A stretch of 64,000 nucleotides of DNA from a virus, in the IMG/VR virus record IMGVR_UViG_3300044658_000058, positions 89,293-153,292 of that record; one strand, written 5' to 3'. Position numbers and translations under genes: made by a program. This document shows positions 20,140 to 27,988 of the stretch, in pieces (the stretch's first letter is position 1; every line of letters begins with the position of its first letter). The notes beneath the pieces are model-generated. The model was not told the DNA's origin. It ran no database searches and saw only the letters and a program-made list of their open reading frames with translations.

Positions 20140-20569
20140 TCAATCCCGATTCCACATGCTTTCCATCAATCTGGAACGTATCATAGGGGAGAGGATGAAA
20201 GTTGTCAATATATTTGTTAATATTTTCAGAATCTTTACGCACCAGTGCGACAAGCTTGCCGCCCGGTTTCAAAAATCTGATTGCATGATCAACGTGAGGG
20301 ATTGAATTTTTTGGCGGGCACATTAGAACGGCATCGAACTTCCGTGCGTAAGTCACGTTTGGATTGAGTGTGAGAAAATCGTGATTGAGACAACGAAAAC
20401 CCTTGGACTCAAGATACGAGGCGGCTTTCTTGTTCAATTCAACGCACTCTACATGAGCGCCTAATAATCTGGCAATTTTAGCCAGATTGCCATAACCGGC
20501 AGATGGTTCTAAAACACGGGAACCATCTTGAACACCAGCAAGATTGGCCATTTCAATAGCCAAGAACAT
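20090..20569 (-). CDS. class I SAM-dependent methyltransferase with atypical motif IV (MCPP)
   Basis: VLEPSAGYG, VELN, DFL, FDAVLMCPP and LKPGG.LV motifs; start moved to ATG 20569 because the track start lies inside the RNA gene. Confidence 0.75.
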   Translation of the reverse strand: MFLAIEMANLAGVQDGSRVLEPSAGYGNLAKIARLLGAHVECVELNKKAASYLESKGFRCLNHDFLTLNPNVTYARKFDAVLMCPPKNSIPHVDHAIRFLKPGGKLVALVRKDSENINKYIDNFHPLPYDTFQIDGKHVESGLIVYERTEGSNFDGGRR

Positions 20570-20592
20570 AGGTGTTTCTTTTGCAGGAAGAT

Positions 20593-20814
20593 TGGTCCGA
20601 GTGGACCGATTCGAACAGCCGACCCCTAAGTTTTCATCTGGGCTTTCATCCGGTTTGGTTTCTGTAGCGAACATATTACCCTATCGGAATCCCTGTAGAT
20701 TTCATTCGTCATTGTCGCTCTGTTCGTACCAGCCGTCGCCAGTCATCCCTTCGCTATCGTCCGAACTAATTTCTCCTACCAGCCTTAGTGCTCTACCAAC
20801 TGAGCTACACTCGG
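20593..20814 (-). ncRNA. tRNA-like RNA with 153-nt insertion in place of the anticodon loop
   Basis: CCGAGTG-TA-GCTC-AGTTGGTA-GAGC-A-CTAAG-[153 nt]-CTTAG-GGGTC-GGCTG-TTCGAAT-CGGTC-CACTCGG-A-CCA; own promoter. Confidence 0.85.
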
Positions 20815-20822
20815 ATAACCTC

Positions 20823-20851
20823 TAGATATGTGAACCCCATTTCGATGTCAA
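20823..20851 (-). promoter_or_regulatory. sigma70-type promoter of the tRNA-like RNA
   Basis: TTGACA-17nt-TATCTA, 8 nt upstream of the acceptor stem. Confidence 0.75.
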
Positions 20852-20889
20852 TGGACGATTTTTACTTTTTTTGTAGTTATCGTCTTCTC

Positions 20890-21062
20890 GTAGCGGTCTG
20901 TGAGAATTTTCAAAAACTGTCTAAGCTCTACATCGCTGCAAGCAAGGGTGAGAGTGGTAAACCCGTCCTTACAGGACGGAATGTACACTTCCCAAAGAGT
21001 GTGCATGGAACGTCCCTTCGTTGGCCGGATGACAAGCTTCTATACGAAGCATTGTCTTGCTA
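20890..21062 (+). ncRNA. candidate multi-hairpin structured RNA
   Basis: Stems GTAGCGGT/ATCGCTGC, and AGCAAG/CTTGCT enclosing CCGTCCT/AGGACGG, TGTACACT/AGTGTGCA and GACAAGCTTC/GAAGCATTGTC; G-U pairs favour the plus strand. Confidence 0.5.
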
Positions 21063-21127
21063 CAAGGCGAATCAACCAAAAAAAGTCCGGATTTTGCCCT
21101 TGACATCAACTTTCGTGACGATTCGCC

Positions 21128-21155
21128 TTGACGGTTTCAATATTTTGATTATATT
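21128..21155 (+). promoter_or_regulatory. sigma70-type early promoter
   Basis: TTGACG-16nt-TATATT. Confidence 0.65.
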
Positions 21156-21176
21156 GAATGTAAAAGAGGAATCGAC

Positions 21177-21389
21177 ATGACGAAGTTCAAAGACAAGAAA
21201 CTCCAATCGGTGTTCGAGCTTTTTAGCCAGAAACCGCCTTCCGAGCGTGGTTCCGGACTATCAAGGTTCTACTTCAACGGATTGGAGTTTCCAAATAAGG
21301 AAAACTTAAAGCCGGATCGGGGAACGTTTGCATATGCCGCATGGGCGGCGGGTAAGGCAGCTTCGAAGTTAAGAAAAGTCGCCCTTTAA
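21177..21389 (+). CDS. hypothetical early protein
   Basis: GAGG RBS, own promoter. Confidence 0.75.
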   Translation: MTKFKDKKLQSVFELFSQKPPSERGSGLSRFYFNGLEFPNKENLKPDRGTFAYAAWAAGKAASKLRKVAL

Positions 21390-21671
21390 GCGCCGGGTAG
21401 AGCTAATTTCTGTCGTTACCGTTCTGGTAAGAAGCTCAATATCACCGACAATATGATATTTGGATTGGCCATGCTTGATTTGAGCTATGGCCTTGTCTAC
21501 CTTATTTGCATCATCAAACCATAGCTGGTCGATTGTGTCTTCTACCCAACGAACCTCATTGGCCCATGGGCCTGTTCCAACAACGCCAAGTGGAAGATAG
21601 ATGTTGCCGTCATTGTCTCGGGCAAGAACCCGAGCGGAATGCTCCGTCTTAATCGTTCTTGAAATCAGCAT
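21369..21671 (-). CDS. hypothetical protein
   Basis: Operon packing. Confidence 0.65.
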   Translation of the reverse strand: MLISRTIKTEHSARVLARDNDGNIYLPLGVVGTGPWANEVRWVEDTIDQLWFDDANKVDKAIAQIKHGQSKYHIVGDIELLTRTVTTEISSTRRLKGDFS

Positions 21672-21874
21672 CGGGCAAGAAAATTTGTATTCGGTCCATT
21701 GTGTATATCGTTCAATGTCTTTTGCTGACCTTCCGGATAGCTTTTGTCGATATCATGAACGAACACCATATCCAGATGGCGCTTGATAAGTTCCGTTTGA
21801 TGAGCGTTCAAATCCTTTGGTTCTGATAACTCAAACATGCCCTGTAGCCAATAGCAAAATTCAACTGCCTTCAT
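21665..21874 (-). CDS. hypothetical protein (FCYWLQG.FE motif)
   Basis: Motif recurrent in phage hypotheticals; GGAG RBS. Confidence 0.75.
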   Translation of the reverse strand: MKAVEFCYWLQGMFELSEPKDLNAHQTELIKRHLDMVFVHDIDKSYPEGQQKTLNDIHNGPNTNFLARC

Positions 21875-22107
21875 TCTTTCTCCAATTTCTCGTAATATGA
21901 ACGATTTTTAAGTGTTTCGATATATTCGGTGTTGATCTTAAGACTCACTGTAAAATCTGGCGTGTCGGGAATTTTCCCGTTTATAGAAAGCATATGGTCA
22001 AACAGAAGGTCTACCTTTTCATCGGTCGTCAAAGAGCCGAGGCGGACTCGATATTTTTTCAGGGTGACCTTTGGTTGGGATTTTCTGAATGGCCACATCA
22101 TATCCAC
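21871..22107 (-). CDS. hypothetical protein
   Basis: Operon packing. Confidence 0.65.
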   Translation of the reverse strand: MDMMWPFRKSQPKVTLKKYRVRLGSLTTDEKVDLLFDHMLSINGKIPDTPDFTVSLKINTEYIETLKNRSYYEKLEKE

Positions 22108-22607
22108 CCTTCTAGATATTCGCTAATCATCTTGTAATGTGAAGGAAACGCTACCTCTTCCGGAAGAACATTTTGCCGCAGAGCCATTTCTGTGACTTCC
22201 GAATCATGCGGAAGCGTTAGATCAATGACTTTCGGCTGTACCTTGCAGAACAAAAGATTATGACCGTCAATGGTCACGACATCGATCAATTCCGGTTGCC
22301 AGATGGTCAGTCCGGTTTCTTCCTTGACTTCCCGAATGGCCGCTTCCTGCCACGTTTCGCCAAAATTCTGATATCCTCCCGGCAAAGCGAGCAAACCCGA
22401 ATCAGTCCTACGAACCAATAGCAAACATCCATCTTCGTCTGGAATCAATACGACAACGACCGGCAAAGGATTACGAAATTTTGGAAAGCGGCTTTTTAGC
22501 TCTTCCAAGGCATCAGAAATCCATTGTTCAAAGCCATGCTTAGCGTTGAACACTCTGAAAATCTCGTCTGTATCCATATCTTTCAATTGTTCAGTGTATT
22601 TTCCCAT
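22098..22607 (-). CDS. Nudix hydrolase
   Basis: Nudix box GGYQNFGETWQEAAIREVKEETGL, plus NPLPV and AFPSH. Confidence 0.9.
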   Translation of the reverse strand: MGKYTEQLKDMDTDEIFRVFNAKHGFEQWISDALEELKSRFPKFRNPLPVVVVLIPDEDGCLLLVRRTDSGLLALPGGYQNFGETWQEAAIREVKEETGLTIWQPELIDVVTIDGHNLLFCKVQPKVIDLTLPHDSEVTEMALRQNVLPEEVAFPSHYKMISEYLEGWI

Positions 22608-22633
22608 TGACGAATCTCTAATATTTTGTTGAT

Positions 22634-22819
22634 ATGAACGAGAAAGGAATCACGATGTTTCTCCCAAAGGGTGTCGTTCTCGAACGGCGTGGTGGAATGG
22701 TCATCTCTCGTCACATGAAGAAATTCTATGTGGAAGGGTATTATCAGAACCACTTTATTAGGCGAGTCTTCACCAACAAAGCAGAAGCATTCAAGTTTTT
22801 CCGTCAGTACCCAAAATGA
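22634..22819 (+). CDS. hypothetical protein
   Basis: Divergent small ORF; AGGA RBS before an internal ATG. Confidence 0.55.
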   Translation: MNEKGITMFLPKGVVLERRGGMVISRHMKKFYVEGYYQNHFIRRVFTNKAEAFKFFRQYPK

Positions 22820-22887
22820 ACCATGTCCCGATTTGACACACGTCGGATCACGGTTTATAACCGCTTGTAATACGAGGAAGGGCGGCA

Positions 22888-23106
22888 ATGCACAAGTCAA
22901 AAGCGTCTTTAAAAAAGGATTTCGGAACCAAACCGGCAGCAACGAAAGCTATCGAGAAAGCTGGTCTTCAACATCTTCCACATATGATTCAGATAAACAG
23001 AAACGGTTCCACTTATCGTTTCGAACCGGTGTTCTTCATCGACAATAGTCATAGTCACTACGATGAAGTTAGGTCATTCGGGTTTACTGTTCGACCTAAG
23101 CTGTAA
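22888..23106 (+). CDS. hypothetical protein
   Basis: GAGG RBS. Confidence 0.55.
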   Translation: MHKSKASLKKDFGTKPAATKAIEKAGLQHLPHMIQINRNGSTYRFEPVFFIDNSHSHYDEVRSFGFTVRPKL

Positions 23107-23258
23107 TCGATTGGAGGACCGCCATCGGGGAACTTATCAACGGTCTTATCCGTGTTCCCCGTGCGCTCCATCCAAGCCTCACATTCCCATTTGACGGTAA
23201 AGCAGGCCAGAATTGTTGTACCGTCTCTGACAATCCATATTGCGTGTGATCTAGCCAC
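23058..23258 (-). CDS. hypothetical protein
   Basis: GTG start coupled to the upstream micro-ORF. Confidence 0.55.
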   Translation of the reverse strand: MARSHAIWIVRDGTTILACFTVKWECEAWMERTGNTDKTVDKFPDGGPPIDYSLGRTVNPNDLTSS

Positions 23259-23331
23259 GTTTGGAAACCAGCTTCAATAGTTTCCAAATGCCATAGGCCA
23301 CAGCCGCTACAGCGACCACAAACCAAAACAT
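23251..23331 (-). CDS. 26-aa membrane micro-protein
   Basis: GGAG RBS; MFWFVVAVAAVAYGIWKLLKLVSKRG; below the track cutoff. Confidence 0.6.
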   Translation of the reverse strand: MFWFVVAVAAVAYGIWKLLKLVSKRG

Positions 23332-23385
23332 TTAATTCTCCATGATTTCAGTGAACGTACCACAAAAAAGTTTAAAGTCAATAGC

Positions 23386-23413
23386 TTGACTTCTTACACA
23401 AAATGATTATATT
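23386..23413 (+). promoter_or_regulatory. sigma70-type early promoter (back-to-back with a minus-strand TTGACT)
   Basis: TTGACT-16nt-TATATT. Confidence 0.65.
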
Positions 23414-23434
23414 ACGAATGAAAGGGAAGTATCA

Positions 23435-23536
23435 ATGCGATCTTTGAAAGAAATCTTAACAGATCGAGGTAACTGGATCACATTTATCGGTGGTCTTGTC
23501 GTCGGTCTGTTTCTGAAATGGTATTTTGGGATATGA
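23435..23536 (+). CDS. 33-aa membrane micro-protein
   Basis: MRSLKEILTDRGNWITFIGGLVVGLFLKWYFGI; ATGA overlap with the next gene. Confidence 0.6.
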   Translation: MRSLKEILTDRGNWITFIGGLVVGLFLKWYFGI

Positions 23537-24015
23537 CCGACTGGACAGAAAAACAAATCATGGCCGCAAGAGCGATTGCGCTTATCAAGCGCAAGCTTGA
23601 GCCAAAATGCGAAGCTTGCGGCGTCGGTGCGGATCGTCCGAAATGTTACAATGACCTTGGCGGCTATTGCCAGCGTCACGAACAGGACGACTATAACGCC
23701 TACCATTCAGTGATCGAATCCCTTACCAATGCGGCGTTCACAGGTGATGCCCGTTATCGGTGGGCGATAGACATGCCGATCTATCTCTACAACGATTTCT
23801 CGGAAGAAGAAATTGCGTTGTTGCGGGATTTGGCGGATGCTCCGAATCAGGAACTTAAGACTCGCAAGATCGATGAACGCTTCGCCAGTTTGCGTCGTAA
23901 AGGGGCATGTTCGCTGTCAGCCCAATACGACTTCTATTGGACAAGACTGGAAAAGAAGGGCCGTGAACTTCTGACATATGTCGATGAAAATAACTTGAAA
24001 TCATGTAGCGGCTAG
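23533..24015 (+). CDS. hypothetical protein with Cys cluster and possible C-terminal winged helix
   Basis: CEAC..C..C..H cluster; RL..KGRELL at the C-terminus. Confidence 0.7.
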   Translation: MTDWTEKQIMAARAIALIKRKLEPKCEACGVGADRPKCYNDLGGYCQRHEQDDYNAYHSVIESLTNAAFTGDARYRWAIDMPIYLYNDFSEEEIALLRDLADAPNQELKTRKIDERFASLRRKGACSLSAQYDFYWTRLEKKGRELLTYVDENNLKSCSG

Positions 24016-24121
24016 ACTACATGATGTGAAGCGAGAGGAATCAGTGAAATGATGATTCCTCCTCTAATCAGGCCACACCACAGTTCAGTCGAATGCTCTG
24101 TCGGATTTCCTCTCGCTTCCC

Positions 24122-24367
24122 TTATTCTTCTCCTTCGGCTTCCTCTTCAAAATCGTCATTTTCTGGACTGATGGCATAGCCGTCATACCCGTAGGCTTCT
24201 AATCCGGGGAAGCCGGACCAATCGATATCTTCATCTTCATTCCATAAAGGTTCATCTATTTCGACAGTTCCATCGAAATAGATCGTTTTGGTTTCATGGC
24301 AATTATCGACATATTTCGTTCCGTCTTCGTCGGTAATTATGCTTCGTTGGATGAATGGGATAAAGAT
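24122..24367 (-). CDS. very acidic hypothetical protein, probable non-canonical ATC start
   Basis: Open frame without ATG/GTG/TTG; GGAGG 7 nt before ATC; ends ENDDFEEEAEGEE. Confidence 0.55.
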   Translation of the reverse strand: MFIPFIQRSIITDEDGTKYVDNCHETKTIYFDGTVEIDEPLWNEDEDIDWSGFPGLEAYGYDGYAISPENDDFEEEAEGEE

Positions 24368-24573
24368 GGAACTTCCTCCACTAGCAGTTCTGGTGTTTCT
24401 CTTTTTTCACGTTTCAAGAGAACCACGGTATGCGGTTTCGAGGCTTTCTCACCATATTCCATGGTGATCATTTCCCAACCGTCTCGACCGAATTCGTTGA
24501 GCCTGTCCTGAAAAGCGGACGGACTTGTCGTAATAGTTTTGTCGATTGTTTCGACACGATATTCCCAAGTCAA
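24337..24573 (-). CDS. DUF4177-like protein
   Basis: WEYRV...LNEFGRDGWEM...LLKR. Confidence 0.7.
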   Translation of the reverse strand: MTWEYRVETIDKTITTSPSAFQDRLNEFGRDGWEMITMEYGEKASKPHTVVLLKREKRETPELLVEEVPSLSHSSNEA

Positions 24574-24600
24574 AATTTTTTCCTTCTGGTTACGTTATGA

Positions 24601-24810
24601 CTATGTAGTCATTCCGTGACCTATGGCATAAGCTATAACGATAACTACGATCATCACGGCACCGAACCCGAGAATAGGATACAGAGAAACCATGTCAGGA
24701 AGGCTTGCCGTTATGACCAGCACACAGAAAGCGATGAATAACATGCCGGTGCCAATTAGAAGTCTTTTCAAATGAACCATGATACAATCTTTAAAATTTC
24801 TGGGAGCCAT
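24601..24810 (-). CDS. small two-TM membrane protein
   Basis: Two hydrophobic segments. Confidence 0.6.
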   Translation of the reverse strand: MAPRNFKDCIMVHLKRLLIGTGMLFIAFCVLVITASLPDMVSLYPILGFGAVMIVVIVIAYAIGHGMTT

Positions 24811-24986
24811 GCTAGCATCAGCACACTAAGGGAAAAAGCCCAACATGAAGCAGCAAGAACATACCAGCGTTGTGTGAACGCAAACCATCCTTTGTACACA
24901 AAGTACAAACCGAAGAGAGTCACAAAAATATGAACGAAAATTTCTTGCATAATTTCTTGTATCGCATATTGTGAAAGAAATGTCAA
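24768..24986 (-). CDS. small membrane protein
   Basis: Hydrophobic segments; start uncertain. Confidence 0.55.
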   Translation of the reverse strand: MTFLSQYAIQEIMQEIFVHIFVTLFGLYFVYKGWFAFTQRWYVLAASCWAFSLSVLMLAWLPEILKIVSWFI

Positions 24987-25003
24987 GATGATAAGGAAGT
25001 GAC

Positions 25004-25264
25004 ATGAAACCAGAATATCGAATCGAGAAATGGTCCATCATTGATGGTTATTTCGGTCCCGGCAAACACTTGCTTGGACATATCCAAGGCCATCCAAGAT
25101 GCACACCCGGCAAACTTCATGTTACATCACGAATTGTTCGTATCATCGATGACGACGTGATGGAAACCGAAAACTCGATCTATCACCTAGGCGAAGTCGA
25201 TGGCTGGTTTAAGCAATTTGAGAGAATTAAGCGTGGCGAAATCAAAAACAATAGCGGCCAATGA
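25004..25264 (+). CDS. conserved phage hypothetical (L.G...GHP..TS....ET.NS.Y.LG)
   Basis: Motif; AGGA RBS. Confidence 0.75.
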   Translation: MKPEYRIEKWSIIDGYFGPGKHLLGHIQGHPRCTPGKLHVTSRIVRIIDDDVMETENSIYHLGEVDGWFKQFERIKRGEIKNNSGQ

Positions 25265-25460
25265 AGCATTGGAAAAATTGCGTGATGCCGGATATCTGGT
25301 GGAATACCACACACCGCCAAGGAAATCGCTGGCCATCCGCTTCTATTGCGATCTAAGCAAGAAGGATGTCCCGGTGTTGAACAATCAGGTCGATGCGGTC
25401 GTGATCAATGAGCTTTGCAAAGAAGGGCCGATAGAAAGTCTTATAACTTCAATGAAATAA
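25200..25460 (+). CDS. hypothetical protein
   Basis: Coupled to the upstream gene; probable GTG start near 25233. Confidence 0.6.
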   Translation: MAGLSNLRELSVAKSKTIAANEALEKLRDAGYLVEYHTPPRKSLAIRFYCDLSKKDVPVLNNQVDAVVINELCKEGPIESLITSMK

Positions 25461-25512
25461 AAAATGAGCCGGTCCCGTTGTTTCCTAACGGAAGGGGATG
25501 GGGACCGGCTCA
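25455..25512 (-). terminator. intrinsic terminator
   Basis: 12-bp stem TGAGCCGGTCCC/GGGACCGGCTCA with T-tract on the minus strand, between convergent genes. Confidence 0.7.
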
Positions 25513-25548
25513 CCGCCTGTTTACGTATGGCCCGCATAACAAGCATCC

Positions 25549-25935
25549 CTAGGTAACCAATTTCGGTTCCTTCGTCAAGAGAGTTTCGTACTTTTGACGA
25601 AGCTCGTCCAATTCTCGGGCTTTCATCACCATCTGTTCCAGAATTTTATTTTTCTGGTGTTCGAACACGATGATCGCCGGATGATTGAGATTTGGCGTTT
25701 GAACGAAATCATCCATGTTGGTGACGAAAATACTGCCGTTTCCATAGCTTTCCGAGCTACCCCGTTGACCATAGCCATAGGCAGTACAATCGAAGTGAGA
25801 ACCATTGTATTTCACGTCGAAAAAGATATCCAAATCGTCATCGCCTTTATATGGCCAACGAACAACTGAAAAATCCATAAACACCGACGCCCCAGATTTG
25901 ATCCGGGCCGAGAATTCTACAATAGTCTTATCCAT
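25549..25935 (-). CDS. hypothetical protein
   Basis: ORF track. Confidence 0.7.
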   Translation of the reverse strand: MDKTIVEFSARIKSGASVFMDFSVVRWPYKGDDDLDIFFDVKYNGSHFDCTAYGYGQRGSSESYGNGSIFVTNMDDFVQTPNLNHPAIIVFEHQKNKILEQMVMKARELDELRQKYETLLTKEPKLVT

Positions 25936-26096
25936 TTAATGTTTCGTTCCATAATGTTGAATAAGAATATTTGTCTTCACATACTCTGGAATGTCCGGCC
26001 TATTCTTTGTCATAACTACAGTTATTGGAGCAAACTTGTCATCCTTTGTCCAAGAATAGTATTTGTCGTTGTCAAGTTGGTCAGAAGATTTGGCTG

Positions 26097-26495
26097 TCAT
26101 GACGGTTTACCTTTCTTGATCTTGGGAGTATCACAACGAATATCCAATTTAGAATGTCCGGTGATGTGCTTTTCCGGATGCCGAAGAATACCATAGAAAA
26201 TTTCCATGGTCGACTCATAAACTTGTGGTCGAAATGCAGCCGGGGTGAACAATGGTTCTATCAACACACGGGTTCCATCTGGACCTATGCACCAGTGTTG
26301 GCGATTATGAATCTCCGCCAAGCGCAAACCAACACCAAAACTCTTCATTTGATCCGAGTAGGCTACTTCGATATCTCTAATCGTGTAGGTTTCCCGATAG
26401 GTAGGAACGGAGAGCCCAAATACGTCTGGGTTGAAATCTTTCCTAAAATCATAAATGCAAACGACTTTTTCGCCTGCCTTAAATTCATGCGTCAA
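26097..26495 (-). CDS. conserved phage hypothetical (G.KVVCI..YTIR.I..LRLAEI.N..FRP)
   Basis: Motif; probable TTG start at 26495. Confidence 0.65.
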   Translation of the reverse strand: MTHEFKAGEKVVCIYDFRKDFNPDVFGLSVPTYRETYTIRDIEVAYSDQMKSFGVGLRLAEIHNRQHWCIGPDGTRVLIEPLFTPAAFRPQVYESTMEIFYGILRHPEKHITGHSKLDIRCDTPKIKKGKPS

Positions 26496-26687
26496 GTGAT
26501 TCTTCCCATTGTTTTCTATGTTCTCTATTAAAAGTTTGCGTCCGACGATAGAGTGACATAGCTTCGTCCAAGCTTTGCGAAAGATCGGCATTTGACAATT
26601 TCTCCAAATTGGCTTTTGCCCGGTCCCTCAACCCGTGCGGAATGCATAGAGACATGATAATCTCTCGAATGGCGCTTTGTCTATCGA

Positions 26688-26927
26688 TCATGAGCCCAAT
26701 CGGTGTTGTGCCAACCATTCCGGAAGTGGAATTCTAGGAGCCCAAAACGCTTGTGTCGCTGGATTGCGTGTTCCGGGTACGTCGAAATATTCCCGGCTTT
26801 GTCGATTGTAGTCCTCTTGGACGTATTTGTCATAGGCGAGGCGTTCACCCGCTGTCATCGAGCGATAAAGTTCTTGCTGACCAGCCCGGTTTAGGTGAAC
26901 CCAAATTTGTGAATCGGGGATATTCAT
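26688..26927 (-). CDS. hypothetical protein
   Basis: ATGA-coupled. Confidence 0.65.
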   Translation of the reverse strand: MNIPDSQIWVHLNRAGQQELYRSMTAGERLAYDKYVQEDYNRQSREYFDVPGTRNPATQAFWAPRIPLPEWLAQHRLGS

Positions 26928-27556
26928 TCTTCAAATTTCCGAAATTTTTTTGATTTGCTGACGCCGGGGAAGCGGCGCTTCGACGGCTTTTTGATATTCG
27001 GGTCTGGCAAGGATTCGAAGGTCGCATTTGCCTTAAGTGCCCGGTTTTTGATCATGTCGTTGATCTTGTCGATGTTCAACCCCATCTCGGGAAAAGCGTT
27101 GGCAAGCGTCGTTGCTTCTTCCTGTGTCGGCAAATTTTGGGGTGGTGATATGCCGGGCATAAAAATTTTTGGCGGATTGTCAGCGATGTGTTTTTGTGCA
27201 GCTTCGATTTCCGCTAAACACTCCGCATCTTCAATCTGTTTCTTGCGGATGTACTCTTGTGCTTCCTCTAGTGTGACATTGTAGGCATGATTTTTGCGCT
27301 GTCTGCCCAATGTATCACGCATTTCATAAGTATTGGCGAAATGCCAATCATACTTTATCTTGTTGTAATAGTTGCCCACATACTCTTCAACATTGTAGTT
27401 GCCCTTGTCATTAGGCACAATGCGATAAGTCCTTTCCGGATACTCTGGAACATCGTCGGTGAGTTCTATTTTCTTCTTCGTTTCAGTTTCGGAATAAGAA
27501 ACGGCAAAAATAATACAACCAATAGCTATGGCTATAATCAATAGGTAAAAGATCAT
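26924..27556 (-). CDS. membrane-anchored hypothetical protein
   Basis: N-terminal TM helix. Confidence 0.75.
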   Translation of the reverse strand: MIFYLLIIAIAIGCIIFAVSYSETETKKKIELTDDVPEYPERTYRIVPNDKGNYNVEEYVGNYYNKIKYDWHFANTYEMRDTLGRQRKNHAYNVTLEEAQEYIRKKQIEDAECLAEIEAAQKHIADNPPKIFMPGISPPQNLPTQEEATTLANAFPEMGLNIDKINDMIKNRALKANATFESLPDPNIKKPSKRRFPGVSKSKKFRKFEE

Positions 27557-27867
27557 GCTTCTAATAGTTCTTCGAGTTTATCTGCTATTTGTGGAAATGT
27601 GAGCTTATCAACATCATTCCATTCCATGATTTGAGTAAGAACACCGGGCGGAAGCTCATAATATATAACAAGGTTAGGGATGGACCAAAAATCCTTGGGA
27701 CTGGCGATTTGACGCATTAGACCAAGCGCACAGTAAGAGTAGTCTTCGGCTCTTGGCTTTTTGATATCACTGGATTTCTCTCTGCGATGAATACCGGCTG
27801 TTTGTTCCCACTTGCCAGAGCGAAGTTCAGAAAGGAACAGTTTCATTTTCTCGGAAATCATCATCAA
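27553..27867 (-). CDS. CCLG/ND-family protein
   Basis: LRSG.W.Q, YCALG, WND...TF.QIAD.LE. Confidence 0.75.
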   Translation of the reverse strand: MMMISEKMKLFLSELRSGKWEQTAGIHRREKSSDIKKPRAEDYSYCALGLMRQIASPKDFWSIPNLVIYYELPPGVLTQIMEWNDVDKLTFPQIADKLEELLEA

Positions 27868-27886
27868 ACTCCATGTGAATTGTCAG

Positions 27887-27957
27887 AATATAGAATAACT
27901 CAAAGAGAAAAGTCAAGTTCTTTCTCGCTTGACTTTCTCCAATAGGCGTGTTATATT
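27887..27957. promoter_or_regulatory. back-to-back sigma70-type early promoters
   Basis: Minus TTGACT(27916)-18-TATATT; plus TTGACT(27929)-17-TATATT. Confidence 0.7.
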
Positions 27958-27988
27958 AATGAAGTTTATTAGAGATTGGATTTGATCA

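Noticed and set aside
20570-20674. N-terminal extension of the methyltransferase ORF as given in the track
   Set aside because: It overlaps the T-arm and acceptor of the RNA; the domain begins after ATG 20569
20631-20783. Group I intron in tRNA-Leu(UAA): splicing T^...G/AAAA would give anticodon TAA
   Set aside because: The insert is only ~146 nt with no visible P7/R-S core, the loop would have G32-C33 instead of U33, and the body lacks the long Leu variable arm
20788-21180. 130-aa plus-strand ORF
   Set aside because: No RBS, atypical composition, and it overlaps promoters and dense hairpins
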